Shown: piece by piece, positions 9,705 through 19,086 of the stretch
Position numbering within the stretch: position 1 is the stretch's first letter
Layout: each line of letters starts with the position of its first letter
Origin: an uncultured Candidatus Binatia bacterium
GTDB lineage: Bacteria; Desulfobacterota; Binatia; Bin18
Direction of reading: 5' to 3'
NCBI GenBank assembly: GCA_965214605.1
Contig: OZ243961.1
Coordinates: forward strand, 3,008,001 to 3,072,000
Length of the DNA stretch: 64,000 bases
Program-made: the position numbers and the translations under genes
Notes under the pieces: generated by a model
What the model saw: only the letters and a program-made list of their open reading frames with translations
The model's database searches: none
What the model was told of the DNA's origin: nothing

Positions 9705-12130
9705 TCAGGGAATAATCACGAAGTTCTGGAGGGCCTCTTCCCATGCAAGCGTGGTGGCCTCCCCTGGGCGGGGGAAGTCCGGGACGTTCACCGTCCGGCG
9801 CACTCCCCGCAGGAAGGTCTCCCCAAGCGTCGTTATCCGCACCGTGGTCCGGGCAAACTCCACCCCATCGGCCAGCGCCCGCACCGAATACGTGCCAGGG
9901 CCCAACTCGTTCCAGTTCAGCAGCAGGCTGAAGTTGGTGTGGCTAGCACCGCAAACCCTCCGGGTGTCTCCCCGGGGTGTGCCATAGGCCGCCTGCACCG
10001 GGAGGCCTCCCAGTTCCACGACGATATCCCACCCCGAGAGGAGCCCAATCCCGCTCTGGAACGATCCTAGGGACGGGTTTTCCAGACGAGCGTGGGGCGG
10101 CGGGACAACATTCTGAGGAGAAGACGGCCACGTCATCGATATACCAACCATCTGCCGTCTGAGCCGTGGCGGACCATAGAACAAAAACGAGGCGTATGCG
10201 TTCCCCAACGACATGACTTAAGTCAACAGCAGTCTATGTCCAGGTGGGCTGAGTACCGAGGATGGTTCTGAGATGTTCCTCCGCCCACCAGCTTCCACCC
10301 TTACGTTGCCGTGCAACCCACACGCTGCCCTCATCGTCACGGGCAAAGCCGTACCGATGCCAGAAGGTCAGGGTGGCGACATTGACCCCGGTCAGGTCGA
10401 TGACTAGAGACACAAGATGAACGGCCTGATCAGGCGGATGATTCCCACGCGGGCTGTCCGTCCAGGCTCATCTCCCACTTCGGGCGGACGCCGTGCTTAA
10501 CGCCCAGGGCCGCTCCCCCGACCACCACCCACGGGGGCCGCTCTCCATATCATCGGCAAACAACACCTCATCAGCTCCGGCCTGTGTCCCCGTCCACCCT
10601 CCGATGGTGGGGGCCAGTCCGAGCGGAAGAACGGGAATTCCTCTGCACCGTATAGCTGACGCTCCCCGCACTACGGCCGCTGGCTCTTGACGTGACGCGA
10701 AGCCACGCCGGGTGGCTCACGGTCGCCCACTCGCAATCCCTCCCGCCTCGCCCTGGACGCGGGCGCGGTCAGGACTCGGGCCGAGGAAATCGGCGGACGC
10801 AGACAGAAAAGCGATCCCACTCCTGCACGTGGTCCGGGCGGCGCGAATAGTCACCCGGTAGCCGCTGGCGGTGGCGGCGACGATGGAGAGCTGGACGGCG
10901 TTTTCCGAGTCCCTCAAGCTCTCGCCTTGCGTCTACGTCGCCCCGTCATCGTTCGGGTCGCCATTGTTGTCCACGTCAACGACTTGGGCCTGCCGGTCGG
11001 CCAACCTCGTGTCTACTTTATGGAGGAGAATCCCTTCCTCGGGGATGGCCTCATCGTAGCCGGCAAACAGACGGGCCTCGACTGTGTAGAAGTCAGGCGG
11101 CGCCTCCCCAATCGGGATCTCGGCCATCAGGTAGTCCGCCGCCCCGGGCTGGGCCAGGCGTTCGAGCGTGAGGGGCGTGTTGGGCAAGGCGACATACTGC
11201 CGGTCCGCCGGAAGCCAATCCAGAAAGTCTGTGTGGTAGGCGATGGTGTGTAATGCTACGCTACCATACTCGGGATGAGGCAATGTCAATGCCCCGCTTC
11301 CCATGACATCCCACTGAGAGTCGTACGTCTCCTCATACAGACCCGAAGAATGCAGCAAGCCCAAAGCGTGGCCTATCTCGTGCGCCCAGACATCCTGATG
11401 ATGAGCGTTTGGAGGTATCCATCCATGTCACGCCCTAGAATCTCGTGAGCCCATCCGACGTCATGAAGCAGGAGTCTCCAAAGCCGAAGTTCACAAGAGG
11501 GGGATCAAAATCCCGGTTAAAACCCAGCAAAATCAGGGAAGAAGACATCTGCATCTGCGGCGGCCGCGCAATCTGTGGCTATTTTGTTGATATCATAATC
11601 ATAGTAGCCTTCGTCTCTCTCTAGGGGAGCAAGGTGAGAAGTAGCGTCGTACAATTGTGGCTGGGGCAGGTCGTACCAGCCCACCACGAGGCTACCACTC
11701 CAGTCGACGAGCCCGGCGGAGACCTCTCGCCAATAATGGACCAGGATAGGCCGTCCCCATCAGCCGCTCATCATGGCTGACCAGATGCGGGGTGATATCT
11801 GTCGCATCCGCAAAACGGCACAGAAGGGCCCCCCACGCCTGGAAACCAGTCACGCCGCCCGGAGAGACGAGGCCGCTGGGAGGGGCTCCGCCCGGAGACG
11901 ATTCACGGGCCAAGCGCCTGCTCGGTAAGGCCGTCGCCGGTGCGAGAGAGTTGACGCGCAAGCGCGGAGGACCGGCAGGCTCTAGCTCCGCCCACCGTGA
12001 CCCGTTGGCGGTTCACAGCCACCGGGCCGCCGAGTGGCTGCAGGAGGGCCACGTCAAGGAACAGTTCGCGCTTCTCGCCCGAGTCTTCGGTCAGGACGTT
12101 AGGTCATGGCAGAGGGGTGGCCGGATTCAG
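9705..12130 (-). pseudogene. Large secreted HEXXH metalloprotease (M6/immune-inhibitor-A-like), fragmented, ending in the SFQSGIG domain
   Basis: LLCRFAD; WAHEIGHA.GLLHS..YDSQWDVMG; FTVEAR..GYD; FADDMESG..W..WTDSP..LTFWHRY; then the 9705..10110 domain. Many frameshifts. Confidence 0.65.
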
Positions 12131-12939
12131 ACGGACAATCCGTAACAATTATGCTGACCTAGCCGCTGAGGAACTGCTGCTGGGCGGGCGGAGCGGAGAG
12201 CCGCCCCGTGCTCAGCAGGAACAGGACCACCTCGCTCTTCTCTTTTCGCCAAACCAGCCCCGCATCTTTTCCTCTCCTTATTTGCAAAGCGCAGGAGGGA
12301 CAATGCTGCCCTCGCTTGGCTTTTAGCCCCTCTCTCCCCGCCAGTCCACTCCTCCTTGCTGTGGCCGCCGCCCCCGGCGGGGGCGGACGGGCTTGGGGGT
12401 GGGCCGCATCTACCTCCTTTTCCCGTGCGGGGGAGCAGCGACGGCTGAGCCGCCGGGCGGGCGGCTCTGGACCAGAGACAGCGGGCTTGAGACACGAATC
12501 CCTGCTGGGTAAAAGAGGTTCATTGGAAATGCTCTTTCAGGGAAGGCTGCGGCCAACCCTCAGGACTCCGACAGCTCGACTCTATGACTGATCGTCTTAT
12601 CGCTTACGGCATCCCGTGACGGTACGGGAGCCCTCGACTGGTGGTAGGCCCTCCAGAACTCCGTGCCAGCCCTGCTCTGGTAGTGCGGTCTGAGACTGTA
12701 AGTGGCTGGGGCGGAGAGCTGGAGTGGGTGGGCGGCTCCGTTTTCTCTTTGGAGATACCAGGGCGGCGTTGGTGCCCCCTGTCCGACCAAACGGGGGAGC
12801 TGTGAGATCCCCAACCAAGCTCCCGCAGCGGGGGGCAATCAGCGTGTAGCGGGTCAGCGGCCTCGTTCTGACGGGCGTGTTGCTTTGATTCGCTCGCGGA
12901 GCTCTTCAACCACGACTCGTAAACTTTCCAGGGATATCT

Positions 12940-13236
12940 CTACTCTTTCTGGTCGGCCAGGGCATCCATTTTCTCAGCCAGCTCAAAGTCAAGCTGACTG
13001 ATGCCGCCTACATCGTGGGTAGCCAGATCGACTCTGACGGTGTTGTAGACGTTGAACCATTCGGGGTGATGGTTCATGGCTTCGGCGACCAGAGCAACGC
13101 TGGCCATAAAGCCGAAAGCCCCGACAAAATCTTGAAACTTGTACTCACGGTGGAGCTTGCCCTCAATCACCGCCCAGCCGGGACGATCCGCCAGGGCAGT
13201 TTGAATCTCGGTGTCTGAAAGTCTGCGTCGTGCCAT
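12940..13236 (-). CDS. phhB: Pterin-4-alpha-carbinolamine dehydratase
   Basis: AEAMNHHPEWFNVYNTV..L.THD.GGIS..D..LA. Confidence 0.95.
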   Translation of the reverse strand: MARRRLSDTEIQTALADRPGWAVIEGKLHREYKFQDFVGAFGFMASVALVAEAMNHHPEWFNVYNTVRVDLATHDVGGISQLDFELAEKMDALADQKE

Positions 13237-13333
13237 AACTGCCTCCTTTTGGGTATCGGGACTCTAACCTGACATAATCTTGACAGCCAGACAATAAGAG
13301 TGCCAGACTAGACAGTTGGAAAAGGAGGGGAAC

Positions 13334-14425
13334 ATGGCCCAAGCAGTCTCCCTACAGTCCCCGCGCCTTGAAGCCCAGCAGGACGACCTGATCGAAGACT
13401 TATTTGCCCGGGGTGTGACCGACGGACTGCCGGTCGTGCCGCCGACCGAAGAGCGGGTAGACGCCATGCTCAGCACGGTGGAGCGCGGGTCCCAAGAGAT
13501 ACTCGGAATGGTCGGACCCAACTACGGTCCGGCGACCCTAGAAAAAGTCGCGATTAACGCGGTCATGGCCGGCTGCCATTCGAGTTACTTCCCGGTGGTC
13601 GTGGCCGCGGTGGAGGCCATGTGCGAGGAACAGTTTGCCCTACACGCCATTAATGTAACGACCTTCTCGGCCACCCCGCTGACGATTATTAACGGCCCGA
13701 TCCGCCGTCAGATCGGGGTCAACTGCGGCCATAACGCCCTCGGCCACGGCTTTCGGGCCAACGCCACAATTGGCCGGGCGATTCGTCTGATTATTCTGAA
13801 TATCGGCGGCGCCAAGCCGCAGGAGATCTGTAAAGCGACCCTCGGTCATCCCGCCCAGTTCACATTCTGTGTGGGCGAAGACGAAGAGGAGAGCCCCTGG
13901 GAGCCACTGCACGTTGAGCGCGGCTTTCGGCCTGACCAGAGTACTGTCACCCTATTTGGTGGCCACTCACCATTTCAGATCAGTGACCACGCCAGCCGGA
14001 CGGCCGAGCAACTCGCCCTGTCCCTAGGCTGGACGATGACCTCGGTCTGGAATCATAAAAACTTTCCGGTCTTTTCCGATACAGCGCTCATCCTGGGACC
14101 GGAGCACGCTAAGACCTTTGCCCAAGACGGCTGGTCAAAGAACGATATTCGGCAGTTTCTCTTTGACAAGATTCGGCGTCCGTACCGAGAACTCCGAGCT
14201 GGTGTCAACGGGGGAGAGGGGGCTGGCGTCAGCATGCTCAGAGGGGTCAATGCCAGCACCGAACCACCGACCGACGACACCCTCTACCCCAAGTTTCCCA
14301 AGCCCGAGAGCATTCTCATCCTTGTCGCCGGTGGCACGGCCGGCCGTTTTTCCGCGGCCGTGCCCGGCCTCGTTCGCGGCAGCTCGGGCAGCACCATCAC
14401 CACAAAAGAAATTCAGCCCGCATAA
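13334..14425 (+). CDS. Conserved protein that accompanies UGSC-family selenoproteins
   Basis: TDGLPVVPPT.ERV..ML, EKVAINAVMAGC, RANATIGRA, EESPWEPLHVERG; AAGGAGG RBS. Confidence 0.8.
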   Translation: MAQAVSLQSPRLEAQQDDLIEDLFARGVTDGLPVVPPTEERVDAMLSTVERGSQEILGMVGPNYGPATLEKVAINAVMAGCHSSYFPVVVAAVEAMCEEQFALHAINVTTFSATPLTIINGPIRRQIGVNCGHNALGHGFRANATIGRAIRLIILNIGGAKPQEICKATLGHPAQFTFCVGEDEEESPWEPLHVERGFRPDQSTVTLFGGHSPFQISDHASRTAEQLALSLGWTMTSVWNHKNFPVFSDTALILGPEHAKTFAQDGWSKNDIRQFLFDKIRRPYRELRAGVNGGEGAGVSMLRGVNASTEPPTDDTLYPKFPKPESILILVAGGTAGRFSAAVPGLVRGSSGSTITTKEIQPA

Positions 14426-14435
14426 GGAGGATCGT

Positions 14436-14978
14436 ATGACACGTTTACTAGACCCGACCTCTCAGGTCGAACGCAACGCCATAGAGCTTGCCCCGCGACT
14501 AGAGACCTTGGCCGGGACAACGATCGGCCTGCTCGATATTAACAAGGCCAAAGGCGAATTTTTCCTGGACCGTTTGGAAGAAGTCCTGCGCCAGCAGTAC
14601 GGGGTCAAGGAGGTCTTACGCCGCCGCAAAGTCACCCCGGGCCGAACCGTTCCGGTTGAGGTCAAACAGGAGTTGCAAGAGAGGTGCGACGCGGTCATTG
14701 AAGCCCTCAGCGATTGAGGAGCCTGCATTTCGTGCAGTTCGCACGATGTCGTGGGTTTTGAAGAAAACGGAATTCCGACCGCTAATGTTGCAACCACCGA
14801 GTTTCTGACCGCCGCCCACGCCCAGTGTTCCGCTCTGGGTCTCCCCCGGTACGAGCCAGTCCTGGTTCCCCATCCGATTCAGCCCAAGCTGCCCGAAGAG
14901 GTCCGTGCGCTCGTGGACGGGGTGGTTGACCAGATTGTGGCCAAGCTGCTGAGAGCCAAAGAGCGGCAGGCAGCGTAA
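14436..14978 (+). CDS. UGSC-family selenoprotein (Sec at TGA 14715-14717)
   Basis: AAGGAGG RBS then ATG 14436. The frame continues through TGA as EALSD-U-GACISCSSHD..EENGIP to TAA 14978; hairpin just downstream of the UGA. Confidence 0.85.
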
Positions 14979-15000
14979 TACCGCCGTATAAGAGAGACCG

Positions 15001-15906
15001 GTGCCGACCATCATTGCCACTGACCTCGCCTTCCCCGAGGGGCCGGTGTGGACGGCCGACGGCAGTCTGTACATCACCGAGATCGGGGCCGGGCAGCTCC
15101 GCAAGATTGATGCAGACGGCCAATCATCCGTGTTTGCCAAACCGGGCGGTGGACCAAATGGGGCTGCACGCGGTCCGGACGGCGCCCTGTATGTGACCAA
15201 CAACGGCGGGTTCTCGTGGCACAACGGTCTACCGGTCGGACCGGCTGCGGACTATGAGACCGGTCGGATTGAACGGATTGATCAGACCGGCGCGGTCCAA
15301 CGGCTGTATACCGAGTGTGATGGGACGCGCCTGAGTGCCCCCAACGATCTGGTCTTTGACGCCGAGGGGAATTTCTACTTCACCGACCCGATCCAGCGCG
15401 ACCCTGCGGTCCGTGAGCCTCTCAACCGGCCGACCTCGCGGCCTGGACAGGTCTACTATGCCAGCCCCGACGGGAGCTTCATCCGTCGGGTGGCCGGCCC
15501 CCTCCAGCATCCAAACGGTATTGGCATCAGCCCGGACGGTACAACGCTCCTGGTTGCCGAGACCTTTGCCGCCGCGGTGTGCGCGTTTCCCATTCTCGGA
15601 CCCGGCCAGTTGGGCCAGCGGCGGCCGTTTGGCAGCCTGCCCCAGGGCTATCATCCGGACGGTTTTTGTCTGGATGAGGACGGCTATGCGTTGGTGTGTG
15701 GAGTGCTAGGCGGTGGCATTGTCGTCTTTGATCCAAACGGCAAACAGGCCGAGGTGCTGGCCTGTGAGGATAGAGCCGTCACCAACGTTGCGTTTGGCGG
15801 ACCCGAGTATACAACGCTCTACATTACCGAGTCCGGCCTGGGCCGAGTGGTGACACGACCCTGGCGACGGCGGGGACTCGTATTGTTCTCTGATCGAACG
15901 GCCTGA
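15001..15906 (+). CDS. SMP-30/gluconolactonase/LRE family protein
   Basis: FPEGPVW, PNG, PNDL..D..G..YFTDP, PDG..LD..G, TNVAFGG. Confidence 0.92.
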   Translation: MPTIIATDLAFPEGPVWTADGSLYITEIGAGQLRKIDADGQSSVFAKPGGGPNGAARGPDGALYVTNNGGFSWHNGLPVGPAADYETGRIERIDQTGAVQRLYTECDGTRLSAPNDLVFDAEGNFYFTDPIQRDPAVREPLNRPTSRPGQVYYASPDGSFIRRVAGPLQHPNGIGISPDGTTLLVAETFAAAVCAFPILGPGQLGQRRPFGSLPQGYHPDGFCLDEDGYALVCGVLGGGIVVFDPNGKQAEVLACEDRAVTNVAFGGPEYTTLYITESGLGRVVTRPWRRRGLVLFSDRTA

Positions 15907-15914
15907 GCTTGACG

Positions 15915-16316
15915 TCAGCCCCGGACCCGCTTCATTTCTTCGGTCAGCGGAGCAATGGTCTTGGCGTCAAAATAGTCGTTCCAGCTGCAGATCTTGCCCT
16001 CGCTATTAAATTCAAACCGACCGACCACCGGCAGCTTAACGGTGACATTGCCAACGGCCCAGGTTTCGAGCCGTTCGTTCATCACGGTGTTGCCGGATGA
16101 GGTGGTGTGCTTGATGTCCATCTTCTCCAAGATGTTCTTGTCGCCCTCAATAAAGCTGTCCAACACCTGGCGCACCCCGGCGTGGCCGGTCACCGGCTCC
16201 CAGGGTATATTGTGATAGCTGACGTCCTCAGACAGATATTGTACGCTCTTGGCTAGCTCACCGTCCTCCAGAGACAGACAGAAATCCGTCACCTTTTTTT
16301 CATTCTCTGCGCTCAT
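15915..16316 (-). CDS. Limonene-1,2-epoxide hydrolase / SnoaL-like protein
   Basis: YHNIPWEPVTG, VMNER, LPVVG.FE...GKI..WNDYFD. Confidence 0.85.
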   Translation of the reverse strand: MSAENEKKVTDFCLSLEDGELAKSVQYLSEDVSYHNIPWEPVTGHAGVRQVLDSFIEGDKNILEKMDIKHTTSSGNTVMNERLETWAVGNVTVKLPVVGRFEFNSEGKICSWNDYFDAKTIAPLTEEMKRVRG

Positions 16317-16344
16317 ACGATCCTCCTTGTTCTATGTCTCATCC

Positions 16345-17082
16345 TCACGGAGAGGTCTCACCACTGCCCTTCTCCTGGACCTGACGCAGGGTGCCGTAGG
16401 TGCCGGTCTGGGAGCCGATCCACACCTGTCCCCCCTCGTACAGTTCTTTCTTCCAGATCGGAACGGTCTCTTTGAGGGTGTTGATGGCATAGTGGCAGGC
16501 CTCAAACGCCGCGTGGCGGTGGCTTGAGGAGACCGCAATCGCCACGCTGGCCTGGCCAATATCGACCCTGCCGAGGCGGTGAATCAGGGCAATTTTGAGA
16601 ACCGGCCAGCGCTCCAAGACCTGCTGGCCAATTTTGGTCATTTCTTTTTCAGCCATACCCGGATAGCATTCGTACTCTAGACGAATGACCCGGCGGCCCT
16701 CATTGGTATTGCGGGTTGTGCCCACAAAGCTGGCCAGTGCGCCCGCGCCCGGGTCAGCCACAAAGTCGCTCAGCTCCTGCATATCGATTGGGTCTTGGGT
16801 GATCTTAGATAAGATGCGGGTATGGTCTTGCAGCATAGCGCCTCCACTCACTGGTGGGATAAAGGCAAGCTCGTCATTGTCTTGAAGACGGTGATCCTTG
16901 TCAACGTAGTTCTGGGCTACGGCAAAGGCGATCGAACGCTCAAGTTCGGCCAGCTCAGGTTGCTCTTGGGTCAGCAGCTCCCACACCCGCCCCACGCTTG
17001 TCCCGTCGGGAAGCTCGCGGGTTTCTTGGGTTTTGCCAAGCCGTTCGCGCAGCGAGGCAAAATAGCGCAGTTTAATGCGCAT
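16345..17082 (-). CDS. moaDE: Fused molybdopterin synthase MoaD-MoaE
   Basis: MRIKLRYFASLRE...LAFIPPVSGG is in frame with GA..SFVGTTRN..LEYECY..HRLG..LKETVPIWKKE. Confidence 0.92.
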   Translation of the reverse strand: MRIKLRYFASLRERLGKTQETRELPDGTSVGRVWELLTQEQPELAELERSIAFAVAQNYVDKDHRLQDNDELAFIPPVSGGAMLQDHTRILSKITQDPIDMQELSDFVADPGAGALASFVGTTRNTNEGRRVIRLEYECYPGMAEKEMTKIGQQVLERWPVLKIALIHRLGRVDIGQASVAIAVSSSHRHAAFEACHYAINTLKETVPIWKKELYEGGQVWIGSQTGTYGTLRQVQEKGSGETSP

Positions 17083-17590
17083 GGCGCTCTCCCCGGAGGA
17101 CAAACAGCATATGGCCGAGCTCGGGCAAGACGAGCTTGGTCATCGCCAACTCAACCGCGCCGGTCGAGCCCGGCAACGAAATAATGACTTTTCCCTGGGC
17201 CACGCCGGCAGTGGCTCTGGTCAGCATGGCGGCCGAACCAATATCCTCATAACTCAGCATCCGAAACATTTCGCCAAAGCCGGGAATTTCTTTTTCCAAC
17301 AGGCCCTGAATCGCCTCAAAGGTGGTATCGCGCGGCGCAATACCGGTCCCGCCGTTGGTCACAATGACGTCTACGTCGGGCCGGGCCAGCAACACCTCGA
17401 CCGCCGCCGTGATCTGGTCTGGCTCATCTTTAAGAATCTGGTAGGAGACCACCGGCTGCTCGTGCTCAGCCAACAGGGTTTTGATGCGTTGACCACTGGT
17501 GTCGGTGGTGACGTCACGGGTATCGCTGAGGGTGATAATCGCGCAGCGGGCCGTGCGGTGGGCCTTGTTTTTATGTTCGTGAACCGCCAT
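17072..17590 (-). CDS. moaB: Molybdenum cofactor biosynthesis protein MoaB/Mog
   Basis: IITLSDTR..D.SG, NGGTGIAPRD.T.EA, SLPGS. Confidence 0.93.
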   Translation of the reverse strand: MAVHEHKNKAHRTARCAIITLSDTRDVTTDTSGQRIKTLLAEHEQPVVSYQILKDEPDQITAAVEVLLARPDVDVIVTNGGTGIAPRDTTFEAIQGLLEKEIPGFGEMFRMLSYEDIGSAAMLTRATAGVAQGKVIISLPGSTGAVELAMTKLVLPELGHMLFVLRGERHAH

Positions 17591-17685
17591 AGCAGTATCC
17601 TGTTGGTTAAGAGTAGTCAGCCCCGGAGAGCACCCTCATCCTATAGCGTTCGCCAACACTCTCGCAACCCTGTGGAGGAAGACCC

Positions 17686-18036
17686 GTGGCCCTTATGATT
17701 AGAAAACTCGATCAGCAGCGACACGAACTCAAAGCCCTACGCTATCTGCTGGAATACCATCCCGACAGCCTCCAAGATCGTGAGGCGCTCCCCAAGCGAG
17801 CCGATTTTCAGATTGCTGACTGTCAGCAGATCTACGACGTCCTTGTGGCGAGCAAGACCCAGCACGAAGCCATCCAAGCCATTCAAGCCCTAGAGGATCT
17901 GGAAGACACCGAAGTCGAGTCGTTTTTACGGCTTGGCGGACAGTTCTATCATGCCTATCCCGGTCTGGTAAAAAACCGTGGCCAGGAGTTCCGAGACGGA
18001 ACACTGCAGCTGATCAATCCCGGTGAAGACGAGTAG
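17686..18036 (+). CDS. Hypothetical protein
   Basis: GGAGG RBS, 116 aa, protein-like composition; fills the gap between known genes. Confidence 0.6.
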   Translation: MALMIRKLDQQRHELKALRYLLEYHPDSLQDREALPKRADFQIADCQQIYDVLVASKTQHEAIQAIQALEDLEDTEVESFLRLGGQFYHAYPGLVKNRGQEFRDGTLQLINPGEDE

Positions 18037-18054
18037 GCGCCAGTCCCCCTCCCC

Positions 18055-18978
18055 CTACGACACCGGGATATACGATCCCTCAGGTGCCAAGCCGGCACAT
18101 TCTTTGGGGTGTAGAATCTCGGCCAGCAGCTCGACACTTTCCACAATGCGCGGACCCGGCCGGTTAAAATAGGCGTTCCCATCGGCAATATACACCCGCC
18201 CGGCCTCAACCGCCGGCAGTCGCTGCCAGTCGGGATGGGCTCTCAGCGCTGCCAGCTCGGCCTGTGACTGGGCAATCTTAAAGCCGCACGGCATGACGAC
18301 AATCACCTCCGGCTGTGCCTCAAGCAGGGCGTCCCAGCTCAGCGCCGGGCTGTCAGTGCCGGCTGCGGCCAAGTGGTATGTCCCGCCGGCAATCTCGACC
18401 ATCTCAGGAATCCAGTTCCCGGCGGCCATCAGCGGGTCGAGCCACTCCAGACCCGCTACCCGTGGGCGTTCGAGATGACGGGTCTGCTGCTCGACTTTCC
18501 AGACCCGCTTCTTGAGCGTGGGCAAGAGGTCCCCAGCGTGATTGTCCTGACCAAGGGCTTGGGCTAGGCGCTCCATATCGTACCAGATATCCCCCAAGCG
18601 TTGCGGGCTGAGCGACACAAGGGTGACATCTGAGGACAGCAAAGACCCCACCGCCCCCTCCACCTCGGAGAGCGATACGGCACACACCTCACACTGGTCT
18701 TGGGTGACAATCAGGTCTGGCTTGAGATCCTGGAGGAGGGCGGTTTTCATCCGATAGACACTCAGGCCGTCCTGGACGAGTTGTCGGACACGGGTGTCAA
18801 TCTCACGGCTCGTCCCGGTTGGGTCGAGCTTGGGCTCGGTCAGAACCGGCAAACCCACCACATCCGCCGGGTAATCGCACTCGTGCGACACGCCGACCAA
18901 ACGCTCACGAAACCCGAGGGCGCACACCATTTCGGTGCTGCTCGGGAGCAGGGAGACAATCCGTTTGGGCTCAGACAT
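18055..18978 (-). CDS. BtuF-like periplasmic-binding-protein family (cobalamin/Fe)
   Basis: RIVSLLPSSTE, LVGVSHECDYP, TQDQCEVCAV, YFNRPGPR. Confidence 0.88.
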   Translation of the reverse strand: MSEPKRIVSLLPSSTEMVCALGFRERLVGVSHECDYPADVVGLPVLTEPKLDPTGTSREIDTRVRQLVQDGLSVYRMKTALLQDLKPDLIVTQDQCEVCAVSLSEVEGAVGSLLSSDVTLVSLSPQRLGDIWYDMERLAQALGQDNHAGDLLPTLKKRVWKVEQQTRHLERPRVAGLEWLDPLMAAGNWIPEMVEIAGGTYHLAAAGTDSPALSWDALLEAQPEVIVVMPCGFKIAQSQAELAALRAHPDWQRLPAVEAGRVYIADGNAYFNRPGPRIVESVELLAEILHPKECAGLAPEGSYIPVS

Positions 18979-19086
18979 GCGCCGTCCTCTCTGCTGACAT
19001 TTCAATCGGGTTCAGTCTACCATTGCCCCGCCTGGGCCGCAATGAAGCCCTTGCCCTCGCTGTGCAGACTCGCTACAAAAATCCTA

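Noticed and set aside
14118-14435. N-terminal extension of the 199-aa ORF
   Set aside because: It overlaps the upstream gene in another frame; the strong RBS points to ATG 14436.
18700-19086. N-terminal 129-aa extension of miaB
   Set aside because: It is antisense to the BtuF-like gene, and MiaB homology starts at 19087.
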